From Daejeonella sp. (lineage in GTDB: Bacteria; Bacteroidota; Bacteroidia; Sphingobacteriales; Sphingobacteriaceae): 64,000 nucleotides of DNA. The notes under the pieces are model-generated. The model was not told the origin of the DNA. It searched no databases and saw only the letters and a program-made list of their open reading frames with translations. The first letter of the stretch is position 1. Every line of letters starts with the position of its first letter. Of this stretch, positions 38,501 to 48,461 are shown in pieces. The position numbers were made by a program, and so were the translations under genes. The stretch is from the NCBI GenBank assembly GCA_037719315.1, contig JBBJNR010000004.1:11737-75736 (forward strand). The letters are read 5' to 3'.

Positions 38501-39644
38501 TGAAACCAGCAGGCAGCACAGAGAAACCCGCCCCGCCCCGAACCTGAGCGGAATTATAAACATTGTTCTCCCCAAGGTCAATTAAGCCCAAAACGTCCCT
38601 GGAATTTACGGTGCTGTTAGACCTGTTCGTTACCCAGACTTCAATTTTGGTGATGTTGATACTGGAGTTAATAAGCGGGATAATTTCAAGGGCCTTATTA
38701 TAGTTATTGCGAAAATACTGCGCGAGGAAATAGTGCTTATTGGGCTCGTAATTGTCGGCCGAAATGCTGAATTCATTTTGCTGTGATCCATTGGTTATGG
38801 TGATCTCCCGCTGCTGTGATTTCTGCTGCGAGAAAACACTGGTCACGTTTAAGCGTCCAAACTGCAACTGGGTTTTCAACCCGAACAATGCCTGGCTTCC
38901 CGATATCAGGGAAGAGCTTAAAGGAAGGCTCACGTTCCCGGCTTCGATCTTCCTGATTATTTCATCATCCTTGCCGGTATAATCAAGCTTAACCTGGTTT
39001 TCGAAATCAAACTGGGCCTCGGTATTGTAATTCGTTGTTATCCGGAGCTTCTCGCCGATCTGCCCCACAACATTCATCTGTATCCGCTGCTCGAAATCGA
39101 AATTTCCCTGGCTCCGCTGTCTCTCGTTAAACAAGGGGTTTTCGTTCCTGTTCAGACGGCCGGAAAACGTGAGGTCGGCAGAGCCCTGCGGGCGGATATC
39201 GATGATGGACCCCCCGAATATCTTTTCAAAAGAGCGGCTGTTGATCTTGACAGGAGGAATGAAATCAGGCTCCCTTGCCTCGGCGAGTGGAAGATCAGCA
39301 AGCTCGCGCCAATAATTTCTTTTGATCAGTTCATTCTCATATTTCTGATATTCTTCAATACTCAGATATTGCGGGGCCCTATAGAGCCGGTCCCCGATTT
39401 TCTCCCGGATGATATACCGCTTTGAAACCGGGTCAAACTCCACGCTTCTCCTGATATTCGATGGGTTAGGAAGTATAATTCCCGGCTGGCGTTTTAACTG
39501 AATGGTTTTAGAATCGGGAAAAGGGTAAGTTAGTTTTGACGTGTCTTTTTTGACGGCGGTATTTTGAGCAAATGCCTCTCCCGTACAGAGCATAAAGAAG
39601 AGAAAGCATACTCTTCTCAAACTAAAAGACACAGCACTTTTCAA
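32598..39644 (-). CDS. sprA: Type IX secretion system outer-membrane translocon SprA (Sov)
   Basis: 2348 aa; FGGSIIDIRPQGSA, YNTEAQFDFENQVKLDY, KIEVWVTN motifs; ends in beta-barrel signal VNLRFTL; adjacent to ruvA. Confidence 0.95.
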   Translation of the reverse strand: MKSAVSFSLRRVCFLFFMLCTGEAFAQNTAVKKDTSKLTYPFPDSKTIQLKRQPGIILPNPSNIRRSVEFDPVSKRYIIREKIGDRLYRAPQYLSIEEYQKYENELIKRNYWRELADLPLAEAREPDFIPPVKINSRSFEKIFGGSIIDIRPQGSADLTFSGRLNRNENPLFNERQRSQGNFDFEQRIQMNVVGQIGEKLRITTNYNTEAQFDFENQVKLDYTGKDDEIIRKIEAGNVSLPLSSSLISGSQALFGLKTQLQFGRLNVTSVFSQQKSQQREITITNGSQQNEFSISADNYEPNKHYFLAQYFRNNYNKALEIIPLINSSINITKIEVWVTNRSNSTVNSRDVLGLIDLGENNVYNSAQVRGGAGFSVLPAGFNGPGFPQQSNDLLQNIPPGTRLTNTNDANAYFQGNGATDNFAKLTFARNLTDKEFILNPRLGYISLNTSLNADEVLAVAFRYTINGVEYQVGEFSTDVTVDNTTPKVLYVKLLKNETLKTALPTWDLMMKNIYSLGAYQVSRTDFRLNIFRLGEDTGVETPQITEGQNTTGKLWLQLTNLDNLNQQNDRKPDGFFDFLEGITIDPMNGRITFPLVEPFGSDLARRFNPVSERNLIDKYVFQPLYDSTKVLAQQLFQRLNRYQIRGTYQSQSGSEFQLNAINIPQGSVQVVAGTLPLQEGVDFTVDYNIGIVRILNQALLNSGQQIRIKLENNELFGLQQRSLMGSRFDYRVSNKLNLGGTFMNLTEKPLTEKVNIGEEAISNTIWGLDANYSSDSRWLTRMVDKIPFINTKEPSTLTFSGEYANLIPGHPRALNFAGSRNGASYLDDFEASRSLIDIKSAIAWQISGTPQLFPESRLNNDLAYGYNRARLAFYNIDPIFFITGNSLTPDNIRRDKNQLSNHYVRQVFEREVFPFKDSPTGQAIILPTFDLAFYPTIRGPYNFTPNGLNPDGSLSNPRSRWGGIFRKLETNDFEALNIEFIEMWMLDPFLYNTTSPGGDVYFNLGNITEDILKDGRKSLENGLPVDGNTAKTDVTVWGRVPKLQPVIQAFDNNSDARAFQDVGIDGLGSAEEAQQYTTFLNQVKATINPQAGIALDADPSSDDYQYYRGSNLDQQNAGILKRYEKYNSPEGNSKTPQQSRDQTGIENTAATSLPDGEDINRDNNSTQADEYYQYKVSIRPQDLMTVGSNYITDIVPATVKLANGKTETVKWIQFKIPVADYIQKVGNIEDFKSIRFIRMFMTNFADTTVMRLAKLQLVRGEWRRYNSENNPSKVIADPGLINPGLDNSSIDVGTVNIEENGKRTPIPYVLPPGIQREKDYTNFRGESEQNEQSLSLTVRDLRDGYGRASFRTTFNDFRSYRRMEMFIHAEGNQLGDNDLRAFLRVGTDNQDNYYDYDIPLKVTNPGSRDPNAIWPAQNKLDIELRLFQLAKAARNKALFNGQPWPINRPFLYQDGVNTIVVKGQPDLSKVRVYMLGVRNPLRNPASPGTDDGLDKTAQVWFNELRLTDFDERGGWASTARLNAKLADFADITISGSKSTIGFGSIDRKVSERNREDDVLFDLSGSMELGKFFPERTGIKVPMYVNFSSQVGSPQYDPRNQDTEFKTVLRNSSRSDRDSLRFITEDYTSRKSINFTNVRKIKTNPDSKVRLWDIENLSATYAFNEFNHRDYINENTIQKTYRAGMQYNYARQAKSITPFEKLIKSKSLSLIRDFNFSLLPSVLNFRIDVDRLYSENTLRDNDPNNFLPVNTNFNKNFQMSRLYGISWNLTRSMQLDFNATNYSIIDEPEGRIDGLKRDTLWSNLKKLGRTTDYGHTMNITYNLPINKIPGLDWITVAARYGAGFNWQTEPLLTLRSPEINIGNTIQNSRTIQLNPTLGLVALYNKFGFVRTASQAEKGVGKFFVSFLTSLKNVSGAYTKTQGTFLPGYLPSTNFLGQDLDASAPGYDFLFGSQRDIRGRAINNNWITRDSLLNQLYITTNREDMDFRGMLEPFRDLRIELTASRRQNFNYSTNFKFLPSVNSFENLSPVTTGDYSVSYFSLRTAFSKENKTNNSSRLFRQLEENRAIISQRLGSANPNSTGSSGGFSDGYSKNSQDVLIASFIAAYTGKDANTVSLNRFPKIPIPNWRLTYNGLSKFNFFNDIFTSIDFNHTYRSTYSVNGFNSLVRYQTANGAVNVRDANSNFLPFYQFSQVTLFEQFLPLLGVDMRLKNNMTINLEYRKSRALSFSLSNSQLAQQKEDGAVFGMGYRTNRFRFPLGLFKGLKMDNDMTFKVDFALRDSKVIIYRADVDDAEVSSGAQNITIRPSVDYILNQRFKLVLFYDGNITKPYTSQTFNTSFSNFGVNLRFTL

Positions 39645-39666
39645 TTTCCTTTGTTATTGATCGTAA

Positions 39667-40251
39667 TTATAAGCTTTTCAAGGCAATTTTTATTAGTCTC
39701 TCTACTGTTAAATTTTCTCCTTCAGATCGTACTGCAACATCTAATGCTTTTTCGGCAACGTTTTTATTGAACCCTAACATAATCAGGGCAGATAAGGCCT
39801 CATCTTTAGCCGTCACGTTATGAGGCATAGAGATTAAGGAGTCAGGGCCTTCCTTCTTTAATTTATCCTGTAGTTCAAGGATCATTCGCTGGGCTGATTT
39901 AGGTCCTATCCCCTTGATCCTCTGAATCAAAGGGACATCGCCCTTTACAATTGCCATTTGTATTTCTGCCGGGGTGATTGACGATAATATCATCCTTCCG
40001 GTATTCGGGCCAATGCCCGATACCGAAATAAGGTGAAGAAATAAGCGCCGTTCGCCCTCATCGAAAAAACCATATAAGGTATGCCCGTCTTCTTTTACAT
40101 GAAGCCAGGTAAAAAGTTTACAACGCTCATCCCCCTTTAACGCCGCATACGTGTTCAGGGAAATATTAATATGATACCCGACCCCACCTGCATCTATTAC
40201 TACATACGTAGGGCACTTAAAAACAAGTTTGCCATCAATATAAGCGTACAT
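39667..40251 (-). CDS. ruvA: Holliday junction branch migration protein RuvA
   Basis: GVGYHI, LYGF, SVSGIGP, IKGIGPKSAQR, ALIMLGF motifs. Confidence 0.97.
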   Translation of the reverse strand: MYAYIDGKLVFKCPTYVVIDAGGVGYHINISLNTYAALKGDERCKLFTWLHVKEDGHTLYGFFDEGERRLFLHLISVSGIGPNTGRMILSSITPAEIQMAIVKGDVPLIQRIKGIGPKSAQRMILELQDKLKKEGPDSLISMPHNVTAKDEALSALIMLGFNKNVAEKALDVAVRSEGENLTVERLIKIALKSL

Positions 40252-40260
40252 TATTTATTT

Positions 40261-42579
40261 CTAAGATTTAGTAAGGCGTCCAAAAATACCCTTCCGGCGA
40301 CCGGCAGAAGCCTGCAGTTGTTTTGTTTGCGCATCCACCACCGCAATGGTGACCATATTGACGATCTCCCTGACAGAACTGTCAAGCTGCAGTACATGCA
40401 CCGGTTTATTCAAGCCAAGCAGAATGGGCCCTACAGCCTCAGCGCCTCCCAGTTCCTGTAATAATTTATAAGCTATATTTCCTGATTCAAGATTTGGAAA
40501 GATCAGCACGTTGGCTGCTGCGCCGATCAGCCTGCTGAAAGGATAATTGCCCTTGAGTAAGTCGGGGTTCATTGCAAAATTAGCCTGCATTTCCCCATCG
40601 ACAATAATTTCCGGGTATTTTGAATGCAGGGCTTTAACCGCCTGCCGTACTTTTTCAGGTACAATACCATCATTCGAGCCAAAATTGGAATAGGATAACA
40701 TCGCTATCCGCGGCTGAATATTAAATTTCTTAACTGAACGGTCTATTAAAACAGTGATATCGACTAACTCATCCACGGTAGGATTTTCATTTACCGTAGT
40801 ATCGCCAAAAAAGACAGGGCCTTTTTTCGTCAGCATCATGTACATTCCGGCAACACGGTTAACACCCGCTTCGATACCAATTACCTGCAAAGCGGGTTTT
40901 ATAGTGGTTGCATAATCCTTCGTCAGGCCGGAAATCAACGCATCTGCTTGTCCGAACTGCACCATGGTTGCTCCGTAATAATTACGGTCACGCATCAGCT
41001 TGTCAGCTTCAAATGAAGTTATTCCCCGTCGCTGACGTTTTTTGTATAAAAACTCAGCGTACTGGGCGCAAATATTCTTTTCTTCTACGGGATTGATGAT
41101 CTCAACGCCATCCAGTTCCAGCTCATGATCAGAAATGATCTGTTTAATTTTCTCTTTATTCCCTAGTAAAATAGGAATGGCAATACCTTCTTCTTTAACG
41201 ATCTGGGCAGATTTCAGGATCTTATAATTATCGGCTTCTGCAAATACCACACGTTTTGGTTCTGTCTTCGCTTTATTGGTCACCGCCCTCAGTAGCTTAT
41301 CATCCATCCCCAGACGTGATTTAAGCTCATCCTTATAAGCCTCCCAGTCTGTTATGATCTTGCGCGCCACCCCCGAATCGATGGCCGCTTTGGCTACAGC
41401 CGGAGATACTGCTGTGATCAGTCGCAGGTCTATTGGCTTAGGAATGATATATTCTTTGCCAAATTTTAAGTTCCGGGAATTATAGGCAAGATTTACAGCT
41501 TCGGGAACAGTCCGTTTTGCTAGTTCTGCAATTGCCTTAACAGCTGCCCTTTTCATTTCTTCATTAATACCTGTAGCCCTGACATCAAGGGCGCCCCTGA
41601 AAATGTACGGGAAGCCCAGCACATTATTCACCTGGTTAGGATAATCCGAGCGCCCTGTAGCCATAATAATGTCCTTACGGGTCTTTACAGCAAGCTCATA
41701 GCCAATTTCAGGGTTTGGATTAGCCATGGCAAATACGATCGGATTCTTGGCCATGGTCCTAAGCATGTCTGCTGTGAGCACATCCGGGGAAGAAAGCCCA
41801 ATAAAAACATCTGAATCCTTCATTGCATCGGCCAGCGTGCTGATCTTTCTTGACGTAGCAAATTCTGCCTTCGTACCTTCCAGGTTATCACGGTCTTTCC
41901 TGATTACTCCGGAACGGTCGAGCATCACAATATTTTCTATTTTTGCCCCCAGGCTCACGTACAAACGGGTACACGAAATAGCAGCTGCACCTGCGCCGTT
42001 CACAACAATCTTAATCTTATCCAGCTTCTTTTTTTGAAGCTCACAAGCATTCAACAGAGCTGCCGCGGAGATGATTGCCGTACCATGCTGATCATCGTGC
42101 ATCACCGGGATCGACATCGCTTCTTTCAGTCGGCGTTCAATTTCGAAACATTCCGGAGCTTTGATATCCTCCAGGTTTATGCCGCCAAACGTTGGCTCCA
42201 GCGCTTTTACAATCTTAACAAATTCGTCGATATTATCCGAATCTATCTCCAGGTCGAACACATCAATATCTGCAAATATTTTAAACAGCAGGCCCTTGCC
42301 CTCCATCACCGGCTTGCTAGCCTCCGGACCGATATCACCAAGGCCCAGAACGGCGGACCCATTACTGATTACTGCAACAAGATTTCCCTTAGCGGTGTAT
42401 TTGTATACGTCTTCTTTATTCTCGGCTATTCTGAGACAGGGTTCGGCAACTCCCGGCGAATAGGCCAGGGAAAGATCTCTCTGTGAATTGGTGGGTTTAG
42501 TAGGAACTACCTGGATCTTTCCGGGACGCCCCTGGGAATGATAGTCCAGTGCATCTTGCTTACGATTAGTTTTACTCAT
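40261..42579 (-). CDS. maeB: NADP-dependent malic enzyme with C-terminal phosphotransacetylase-like domain
   Basis: [49 protein letters not shown] motifs. Confidence 0.95.
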   Translation of the reverse strand: MSKTNRKQDALDYHSQGRPGKIQVVPTKPTNSQRDLSLAYSPGVAEPCLRIAENKEDVYKYTAKGNLVAVISNGSAVLGLGDIGPEASKPVMEGKGLLFKIFADIDVFDLEIDSDNIDEFVKIVKALEPTFGGINLEDIKAPECFEIERRLKEAMSIPVMHDDQHGTAIISAAALLNACELQKKKLDKIKIVVNGAGAAAISCTRLYVSLGAKIENIVMLDRSGVIRKDRDNLEGTKAEFATSRKISTLADAMKDSDVFIGLSSPDVLTADMLRTMAKNPIVFAMANPNPEIGYELAVKTRKDIIMATGRSDYPNQVNNVLGFPYIFRGALDVRATGINEEMKRAAVKAIAELAKRTVPEAVNLAYNSRNLKFGKEYIIPKPIDLRLITAVSPAVAKAAIDSGVARKIITDWEAYKDELKSRLGMDDKLLRAVTNKAKTEPKRVVFAEADNYKILKSAQIVKEEGIAIPILLGNKEKIKQIISDHELELDGVEIINPVEEKNICAQYAEFLYKKRQRRGITSFEADKLMRDRNYYGATMVQFGQADALISGLTKDYATTIKPALQVIGIEAGVNRVAGMYMMLTKKGPVFFGDTTVNENPTVDELVDITVLIDRSVKKFNIQPRIAMLSYSNFGSNDGIVPEKVRQAVKALHSKYPEIIVDGEMQANFAMNPDLLKGNYPFSRLIGAAANVLIFPNLESGNIAYKLLQELGGAEAVGPILLGLNKPVHVLQLDSSVREIVNMVTIAVVDAQTKQLQASAGRRKGIFGRLTKS

Positions 42580-42603
42580 TAAGTCGGGAATTGGTTAATG
42601 CGG

Positions 42604-42611
42604 CAAAATTA
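42604..42611 (-). promoter_or_regulatory. Bacteroidota -7 element for the maeB-ruvA-sprA operon
   Basis: TAATTTTG on the minus strand, 25 nt upstream of the ATG. Confidence 0.55.
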
Positions 42612-42679
42612 CAATTCTTTTTCTTTTAAATAATGGTTAAAACTCTGCGCTGAACTATTTAAGATGCCGGAACCAAAAT

Positions 42680-44059
42680 CTATAAGCAGTTGATTTTAAG
42701 GCTCATACCAGGTCTTATCGCCGATATTGTCAATCCGTTGAGCGCTTTTATCTTTGTAACAGTAGCTCCTCTGAATTTATCAGCTATCCCCGACAAGGTA
42801 TCCCCCACTTTTACAATGTAGTGCAGGTATCCTCCCTCCATTCTCTCGGGCTTTGCGCCCGCTAAGGCAGACAAACGAATGTTCTGTCCCGGAGCTAACA
42901 CCACGGTCTTTAGATTGTTCCATACCTTTAGGTCCTGCACTTCAACGCCGTACTGATCCGCTATATGGTTCAGGCTTTGCCCTTCCTCCACCCGATGAAC
43001 TTCTGATGGGCCGGATTTTAACTTCGGAGAAATTTTTGTAACTGAAACGGCAACAGCAGATGTGCTGGTTTCATATCCGTTAAGTATCTTATAGAGGGAG
43101 GCGAACATCCCATTTGTAATACCCGGAATCACCAGTGGTTTCGGAAACGCTGCCGAGCCATTAACGATCTGTTTTTTGTAGGATGGATTCAAAATAAGCA
43201 AGTCTTTCAGATCGAGATCAGCGGCTCTGGCGATACTGCTCATGGATATCCTCTTATTTACCGGAATTACATCAGTTTGCGTATTAAACGTCGCAGGCCT
43301 TACCTCAATATTGTGTTTCTGATAATAATTCATTGCATACATAGTTGCAATAAAAGCAGGCACGTAATTTTGCGTTTCCCTGGGAAGGAACGGGCGCACT
43401 TTCCAAAAATCTGCTACGCCACCGGATTTTACGATAGCACGGGTGACTGCGCCTGTGCCGCAATTAAAAGCAGCGATGGTTAATAACCAATCGCCAATCT
43501 TTTTGTATGAGTCCAGAAAATAATGCGCCGCGGCGTAACTTGCTTTGACAGGATCTTTACGTTCATCAACATCGCTATCCATCACCAGTCCATATCCCTT
43601 AGCTGTTGTGTACATAAATTGCCAGGGACCAACCGCCCCCGACCTGGAAACAGCCTGAGGGTTCAGGGCAGACTCGATCACGGTCATGAATTTGAGCTCC
43701 TCAGGCAGACCGGCCTCTTTTAATGCTTTTTCAAAGATCGGGAAGTAATATTTTGATAGCCCGAGCATCTTACCGATCTGCTCCTTCCTGTTCAGGTAAA
43801 TATCAATATATGATTGAACATGCTCATTATAATCCAAAGAGACACTTTTCTGTAGCGAGTCAAGCCTGCGTTTATAAACTACGTTGTGCAAATTGATCAG
43901 GGGATATCCTGCTGAGTTAAAGATAGTGTCTGCGGATTGTATGGGCTGTAATTTTTCCCCGTTTATTTCAGAAGCCAAATAAGATTTGTTCACCAATGCA
44001 TTTGCCGGAGTGGCTAGATACATAACAGCAAACATGACGAAGGTCAATGTTCTTATCAT
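42680..44059 (-). CDS. Lytic murein transglycosylase (MltD-like) with two LysM domains
   Basis: IESALNP, GAVGPWQFM, AAFNCG, ETQNYVP SLT motifs; two C-terminal LysM repeats. Confidence 0.93.
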   Translation of the reverse strand: MIRTLTFVMFAVMYLATPANALVNKSYLASEINGEKLQPIQSADTIFNSAGYPLINLHNVVYKRRLDSLQKSVSLDYNEHVQSYIDIYLNRKEQIGKMLGLSKYYFPIFEKALKEAGLPEELKFMTVIESALNPQAVSRSGAVGPWQFMYTTAKGYGLVMDSDVDERKDPVKASYAAAHYFLDSYKKIGDWLLTIAAFNCGTGAVTRAIVKSGGVADFWKVRPFLPRETQNYVPAFIATMYAMNYYQKHNIEVRPATFNTQTDVIPVNKRISMSSIARAADLDLKDLLILNPSYKKQIVNGSAAFPKPLVIPGITNGMFASLYKILNGYETSTSAVAVSVTKISPKLKSGPSEVHRVEEGQSLNHIADQYGVEVQDLKVWNNLKTVVLAPGQNIRLSALAGAKPERMEGGYLHYIVKVGDTLSGIADKFRGATVTKIKALNGLTISAIRPGMSLKINCL

Positions 44060-44118
44060 ATTTTACTAAATAAGCACGGCTATGTACCGCAAGTTAAACA
44101 ACATCTATTAACCTGAAA

Positions 44119-45552
44119 TCAAAGGCTTTTCAGGAGTTCTGCAATATTTTTTGAAAATGACAATAATTTATCTTCCCCGAATTGTTTCCCCAAAAACTGA
44201 ATACCTAACGGAAGACCTGCCTTATTATTGCCCGCGGGCAGAGAAATTGCAGGAATCCCTGCAAGAGATGCCTGGACGGTAAAAATATCTGCTAAATAAT
44301 TTACCACCGGGTCATTACTTGCTTCGCCGATTGTAAATGCCGGAGCAGGTGCGGTGGGCAGCATGATAAAGTCGAACTCCGTTAAAATCTCGTCCGTTTT
44401 ATCACGAATGAGCCTGCGTATCTTCTGCGCTTTTGCATAATAGGCATCATAATAACCTGCGCTAAGAACAAAAGTCCCAAGGATAATACGGCGCTTTACC
44501 TCCGGTCCGAACCCTTCGGAGCGCGACTTTTTGTAAGTAGACTCCAGGTCTGCAGAACTTGCGCTCCTATACCCGTAGTGGACGCCATCATAGCGGGCCA
44601 GGTTTGAAGACGCCTCAGCCATGGTCAGAATATAATAAGCCGGCACAACATAGTCAAGCAATTCAAAAGAAACAGGCTCAACTACATGTCCTTCTGCTTT
44701 TAATCGTGCAATGCAGCTTTCAAACATCGACTTTATTTCAGGATCCAGGCCTTGTGAATTCAGCGCTTCAGATAAATATGCAATTCTCTTCATCCCATTC
44801 AGTGTACTCATTTTTGAATACGACGGAACGACGCGCGTGGATGCTGTACTATCGAAATCGTCGGAACCGGCGATAACTTCCAGTAAAAGAGCCGCATCAT
44901 CCACAGAGCGGGTGATTGGTCCTACCTGGTCGAAAGAAGAAGCGTAAGAGATTATTCCATGCCTGGAGACACGACCGTAGGTAGGCTTCAAGCCGATAAC
45001 CCCGCAAAAAGAGGCGGGCTGGCGAACGGACCCCCCGGTGTCGGTTCCCAGCGCAGCAAGGCAAAGACCGGCCTGAACCGCAACCGCAGCGCCTCCGGAA
45101 GATCCGCCCGAAACCTTTGTAATATCCGCATTGTTCCTTACCGGACCGAAGAAGGAGCTTTCATTAGAAGCCCCCATGGCAAATTCATCGCAGTTTAAGC
45201 GGCCAATAATGATTGCATCTTCTGCCAAAAGCCTTTCAACTACAGTAGCTGAGAACGGGGAAGTATAGTTATCGAGTATCCTTGAGCATGCCGAAACTTT
45301 GTGCCCTGTATAACAAATATTATCTTTAATGCCGATCACCATCCCGGCAAGGCGGCCATAGCTGCCCGCGGCTATTTTATCCTGGACCAGTAAGGCAGCT
45401 TGTTTTGCTTCTTCAGAAAACACCTCCACAAAGGCATTCAGTTCCTTCCGGTTTGCGATGCGCTGTAAATAATACGCTACCAGGTCGGGCAGGTTAATAT
45501 CTTTAGCACATAAAGCAGATTGGATTTTAGAAAGAGAGGAAAAACCTTCCAT
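44119..45552 (-). CDS. gatA: Asp/Glu-tRNA amidotransferase subunit A
   Basis: IKDNI, GGSSGG, DTGGSVRQPAS, FGPEVKRRIILGT motifs. Confidence 0.96.
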   Translation of the reverse strand: MEGFSSLSKIQSALCAKDINLPDLVAYYLQRIANRKELNAFVEVFSEEAKQAALLVQDKIAAGSYGRLAGMVIGIKDNICYTGHKVSACSRILDNYTSPFSATVVERLLAEDAIIIGRLNCDEFAMGASNESSFFGPVRNNADITKVSGGSSGGAAVAVQAGLCLAALGTDTGGSVRQPASFCGVIGLKPTYGRVSRHGIISYASSFDQVGPITRSVDDAALLLEVIAGSDDFDSTASTRVVPSYSKMSTLNGMKRIAYLSEALNSQGLDPEIKSMFESCIARLKAEGHVVEPVSFELLDYVVPAYYILTMAEASSNLARYDGVHYGYRSASSADLESTYKKSRSEGFGPEVKRRIILGTFVLSAGYYDAYYAKAQKIRRLIRDKTDEILTEFDFIMLPTAPAPAFTIGEASNDPVVNYLADIFTVQASLAGIPAISLPAGNNKAGLPLGIQFLGKQFGEDKLLSFSKNIAELLKSL

Positions 45553-45719
45553 AAATGGAATGCAGTGATTAGAGATGAACAGCTAAATGGGCTAAACTTC
45601 AAAAGCTCCCTTCGGGGATTGGCTCTTCATCGTCTCTAAAGATACCCTTCAGATAAAAAACATACGATGACCCTCTTATCTCCCAAATCCTTCTGGGGTA
45701 TAAGGATCATTAGATTAAA

Positions 45720-45923
45720 TTATTTAATGTCCTGATCTTTGGATGATGGCGTAGCAGGATCCCCTTCACCATTCTGGGCAGTTTTGAATTCCTTGATGCC
45801 TTTTCCCAAGCCACGCATCAATTCCGGAATTTTTTTACCTCCAAATAATAACAATACCACTACTACGATTAGAACGATTTCAGTAACTCCAAGCCCTGCT
45901 ATCAACAATGTTGAATTTAACAT
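45720..45923 (-). CDS. tatA: Twin-arginine translocase TatA/E subunit (short copy)
   Basis: [24 protein letters not shown]. Confidence 0.93.
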   Translation of the reverse strand: MLNSTLLIAGLGVTEIVLIVVVVLLLFGGKKIPELMRGLGKGIKEFKTAQNGEGDPATPSSKDQDIK

Positions 45924-45933
45924 AATTATTTGT

Positions 45934-46311
45934 TTAATGTGCTATTTTATTGTGTTCTGTACTCAGCGATCCCGGCACTTCTGTTTCGTCTGAAATACCG
46001 CCATCAGGTGTTAATGTAGCATCAGCAGTTTTATTTTCAGGATCATCCATATCGGCGGAAGCATCAGACATCGTGTTGATTTTTCCTTCAGCCTTATCCA
46101 TATCGGCCGTAGCCTCAGACGCTGTATTAATATTATTATGGATCTCTCTTTTTATCCCGTCAGAAGCGTCTTTAAATTCCCTTAATCCCTTACCCAGGCC
46201 ACGCGCCAGTTCAGGCAGCTTCTTTCCGCCAAACAAAAGCAGGACTACAAGAAATATCAGGATCATCTCCGGTCCCCCGATATTCATAATTAAAAATATT
46301 GAACTATACAT
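45934..46311 (-). CDS. Twin-arginine translocase TatA/B-family subunit (long acidic tail)
   Basis: [29 protein letters not shown]; 17-aa internal duplication in the tail. Confidence 0.88.
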   Translation of the reverse strand: MYSSIFLIMNIGGPEMILIFLVVLLLFGGKKLPELARGLGKGLREFKDASDGIKREIHNNINTASEATADMDKAEGKINTMSDASADMDDPENKTADATLTPDGGISDETEVPGSLSTEHNKIAH

Positions 46312-46365
46312 CTCTCAAAAAATCAATATACAAATATAGGCAATTAAAAATACCTTTAAATTAAT

Positions 46366-47631
46366 TTAATTCGCCAGCCAACTGGCAGGATTCATCGGAC
46401 TAGCCCCTTTACGCACTTCAAAGTGTACTTCGGTTGTACCGTCAACGGCATCAGTAATGACCGTACCTATATTTTGCTTTAACGTAACTTTCTGCCCTCT
46501 TGATACATTTGCACTTTTTAAATTGGAATAAACGGTAAAATATTCGCCGTGGCGTATCAAAACCGCAAAAGAGCCTGCAAAATTTTGTACTGCCGCAACC
46601 TCGCCACCAAATACAGCACGCACGGCCGAGCCTGGCGCTGTTTTTATATCTACCCCGTTATTCTCCGTTGTTACGTTTCGTCCATAGGTGTGGTTCCCGA
46701 AATCTTCAATAATGATGCCATTGCTTACCGGCCATGGAAGGCTGCCCCTGCTGCTTAGGAAATCAGACGATAATTTGGCGGATTCGGGAGTCGCTGCCAG
46801 GATACTTGATCCTTTTGATATAGGCTTCGTGTCGGGGGCATCTTTGTTTTCTGACTTTGCTCTGGCGGCGGCCGCCCTTGCTTCAGCCTCTGCCCTCTTC
46901 CTGGCTGCCTCAATTTCACGATTAATGGCATTCTGAATCGCCCTGTTCAGGGTAGCAGATTCCCTTTGTTTTTTGGAAAGCTCCTGCTTCAATTTTCTCT
47001 CCTGGTTGCTTAGCCCTGTCAATACCCTTGATTTACTGTTCTTCTGAACGCCCAGCGTCTTCCGTTCCTTTTGCTGATCGCTCAGTAAATGGCTTTTCTC
47101 CTGTTTGTTCCTATCCAGCTCAGAAATTCTAACGTTCAGGTCTGTTGAAGTCCCTTCAATGTACATGGCCTGCTTCTTACGGTACTCGCTGAACTGCTGA
47201 AGGTATTTCAGCCGCTTGTAAGCCTGGTTAAAATTCTGGGCGGCAAAAATAAACATCAGCTTGCTGTATGAGCTTTGATTCCGGAAGGCAAAAAGTACCA
47301 TGCCGGCATATTCCTTTTTAAGCTTGTCTAGTTGGGATTGAAGGGAGCGGACGGCGCTGGTATTATCAGAGATCTGATTATCCAGCAGTTTCACCTCCGA
47401 ATTAATGGTGCTTATCTTTTCCTCGCGAAGCCGGATCTGCGCATTGAGCGCCCTGATCTGTTTTAGCGAAAGGCTTTTATTTGTGGAGGTCTGATTGAGG
47501 CTGCTGTTCAGGGATGCAATTTCACGTGTTAACGCGTCCTTCCGACGTTTAAGCTCAGAGCTGCTCTGACCATAAGCCGTTGAGCAAGTACAAAATATAG
47601 CAATATATAAGAAATACCTCAGCAACTTCAT
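46366..47631 (-). CDS. Murein hydrolase activator EnvC family (coiled coil + M23-like domain)
   Basis: Long coiled coil, GSLPWPV, degenerate M23 motifs (NNGVD, YSNL, HFEVR). Confidence 0.9.
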   Translation of the reverse strand: MKLLRYFLYIAIFCTCSTAYGQSSSELKRRKDALTREIASLNSSLNQTSTNKSLSLKQIRALNAQIRLREEKISTINSEVKLLDNQISDNTSAVRSLQSQLDKLKKEYAGMVLFAFRNQSSYSKLMFIFAAQNFNQAYKRLKYLQQFSEYRKKQAMYIEGTSTDLNVRISELDRNKQEKSHLLSDQQKERKTLGVQKNSKSRVLTGLSNQERKLKQELSKKQRESATLNRAIQNAINREIEAARKRAEAEARAAAARAKSENKDAPDTKPISKGSSILAATPESAKLSSDFLSSRGSLPWPVSNGIIIEDFGNHTYGRNVTTENNGVDIKTAPGSAVRAVFGGEVAAVQNFAGSFAVLIRHGEYFTVYSNLKSANVSRGQKVTLKQNIGTVITDAVDGTTEVHFEVRKGASPMNPASWLAN

Positions 47632-47645
47632 TCAGGTAAATGTAT

Positions 47646-48461
47646 CTAATTTTTGATCAAAAAACGCTCAGGAACTCTAAAAGGCATATCCACAGGCACA
47701 TCCAATTCGACTTTCGTGAAACTCAGGTCAAGGGTGATACTTTTATTTTTCGCCTGAGATTTCATCAGCATCGCATGCGGGAACTGCTGCTGGGACAACA
47801 ACCGGAAGTCACCATAGGTGGCAATCAGCGATTGTCCTGCTAATGCATCACTTAACCTGGTTTGAACGACGTTATTCTGACCATTTACTAGAACATTATA
47901 CATTATCGGCCCGATAACGCTTTTTAGTTCTGCCTGTGCAGCCGTTATAGTCACATCCGTAGACTCGCTGATAAATTCGGGAATGAGGTTACCTATCAAT
48001 ACCGCCTGAAGCGTTCCAAAATTGATCTTGTTATTGGTAAATTCATAGAGATAACTAAAAGGTTTTTTAATATACTCATTCTCCAGCTTGTTTAATACCT
48101 TAACACTGTCCGGTGTAATCAAAGCCCTTGCAACCTCCAATCCGGCGATAGCTGTAACAGAAACCCAAATCGCCTCATTATTTTTAATGCGGATATTCAT
48201 CGTCACATCGTTAGAGTTATTTCCAATGCTGAGCCCTGTCTTGGCCTTCATAGACAAGGTGTTGAAAGTGGTTGTTCGATTTTTGATAGCCAGAAGCCTA
48301 TCCTGCTTCGGATCAATTCCATTATTCTCAACCGGGGGCGTCACTGTAGTTTCCGAGGGAAGCGGCGCCGGGCTAAGCACTGCTTTTTTTGCCTTACAGC
48401 CAGCGAGTACGCCAAGCAAAAACAAAATAATAATCGCTTTATTCAATATATTTCTTTTCAT
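47646..48461 (-). CDS. DUF4292-type lipoprotein
   Basis: Lipobox LAGC; conserved position between the TPR gene and the EnvC-like gene; start moved to MKRNIL. Confidence 0.75.
   Translation of the reverse strand: MKRNILNKAIIILFLLGVLAGCKAKKAVLSPAPLPSETTVTPPVENNGIDPKQDRLLAIKNRTTTFNTLSMKAKTGLSIGNNSNDVTMNIRIKNNEAIWVSVTAIAGLEVARALITPDSVKVLNKLENEYIKKPFSYLYEFTNNKINFGTLQAVLIGNLIPEFISESTDVTITAAQAELKSVIGPIMYNVLVNGQNNVVQTRLSDALAGQSLIATYGDFRLLSQQQFPHAMLMKSQAKNKSITLDLSFTKVELDVPVDMPFRVPERFLIKN

Noticed and set aside
44119-45552. gatA without gatB/gatC; likewise lutB without lutA/C and scpA without scpB
   Set aside because: Scattered arrangement is ordinary for Bacteroidota; partners are probably elsewhere in the genome
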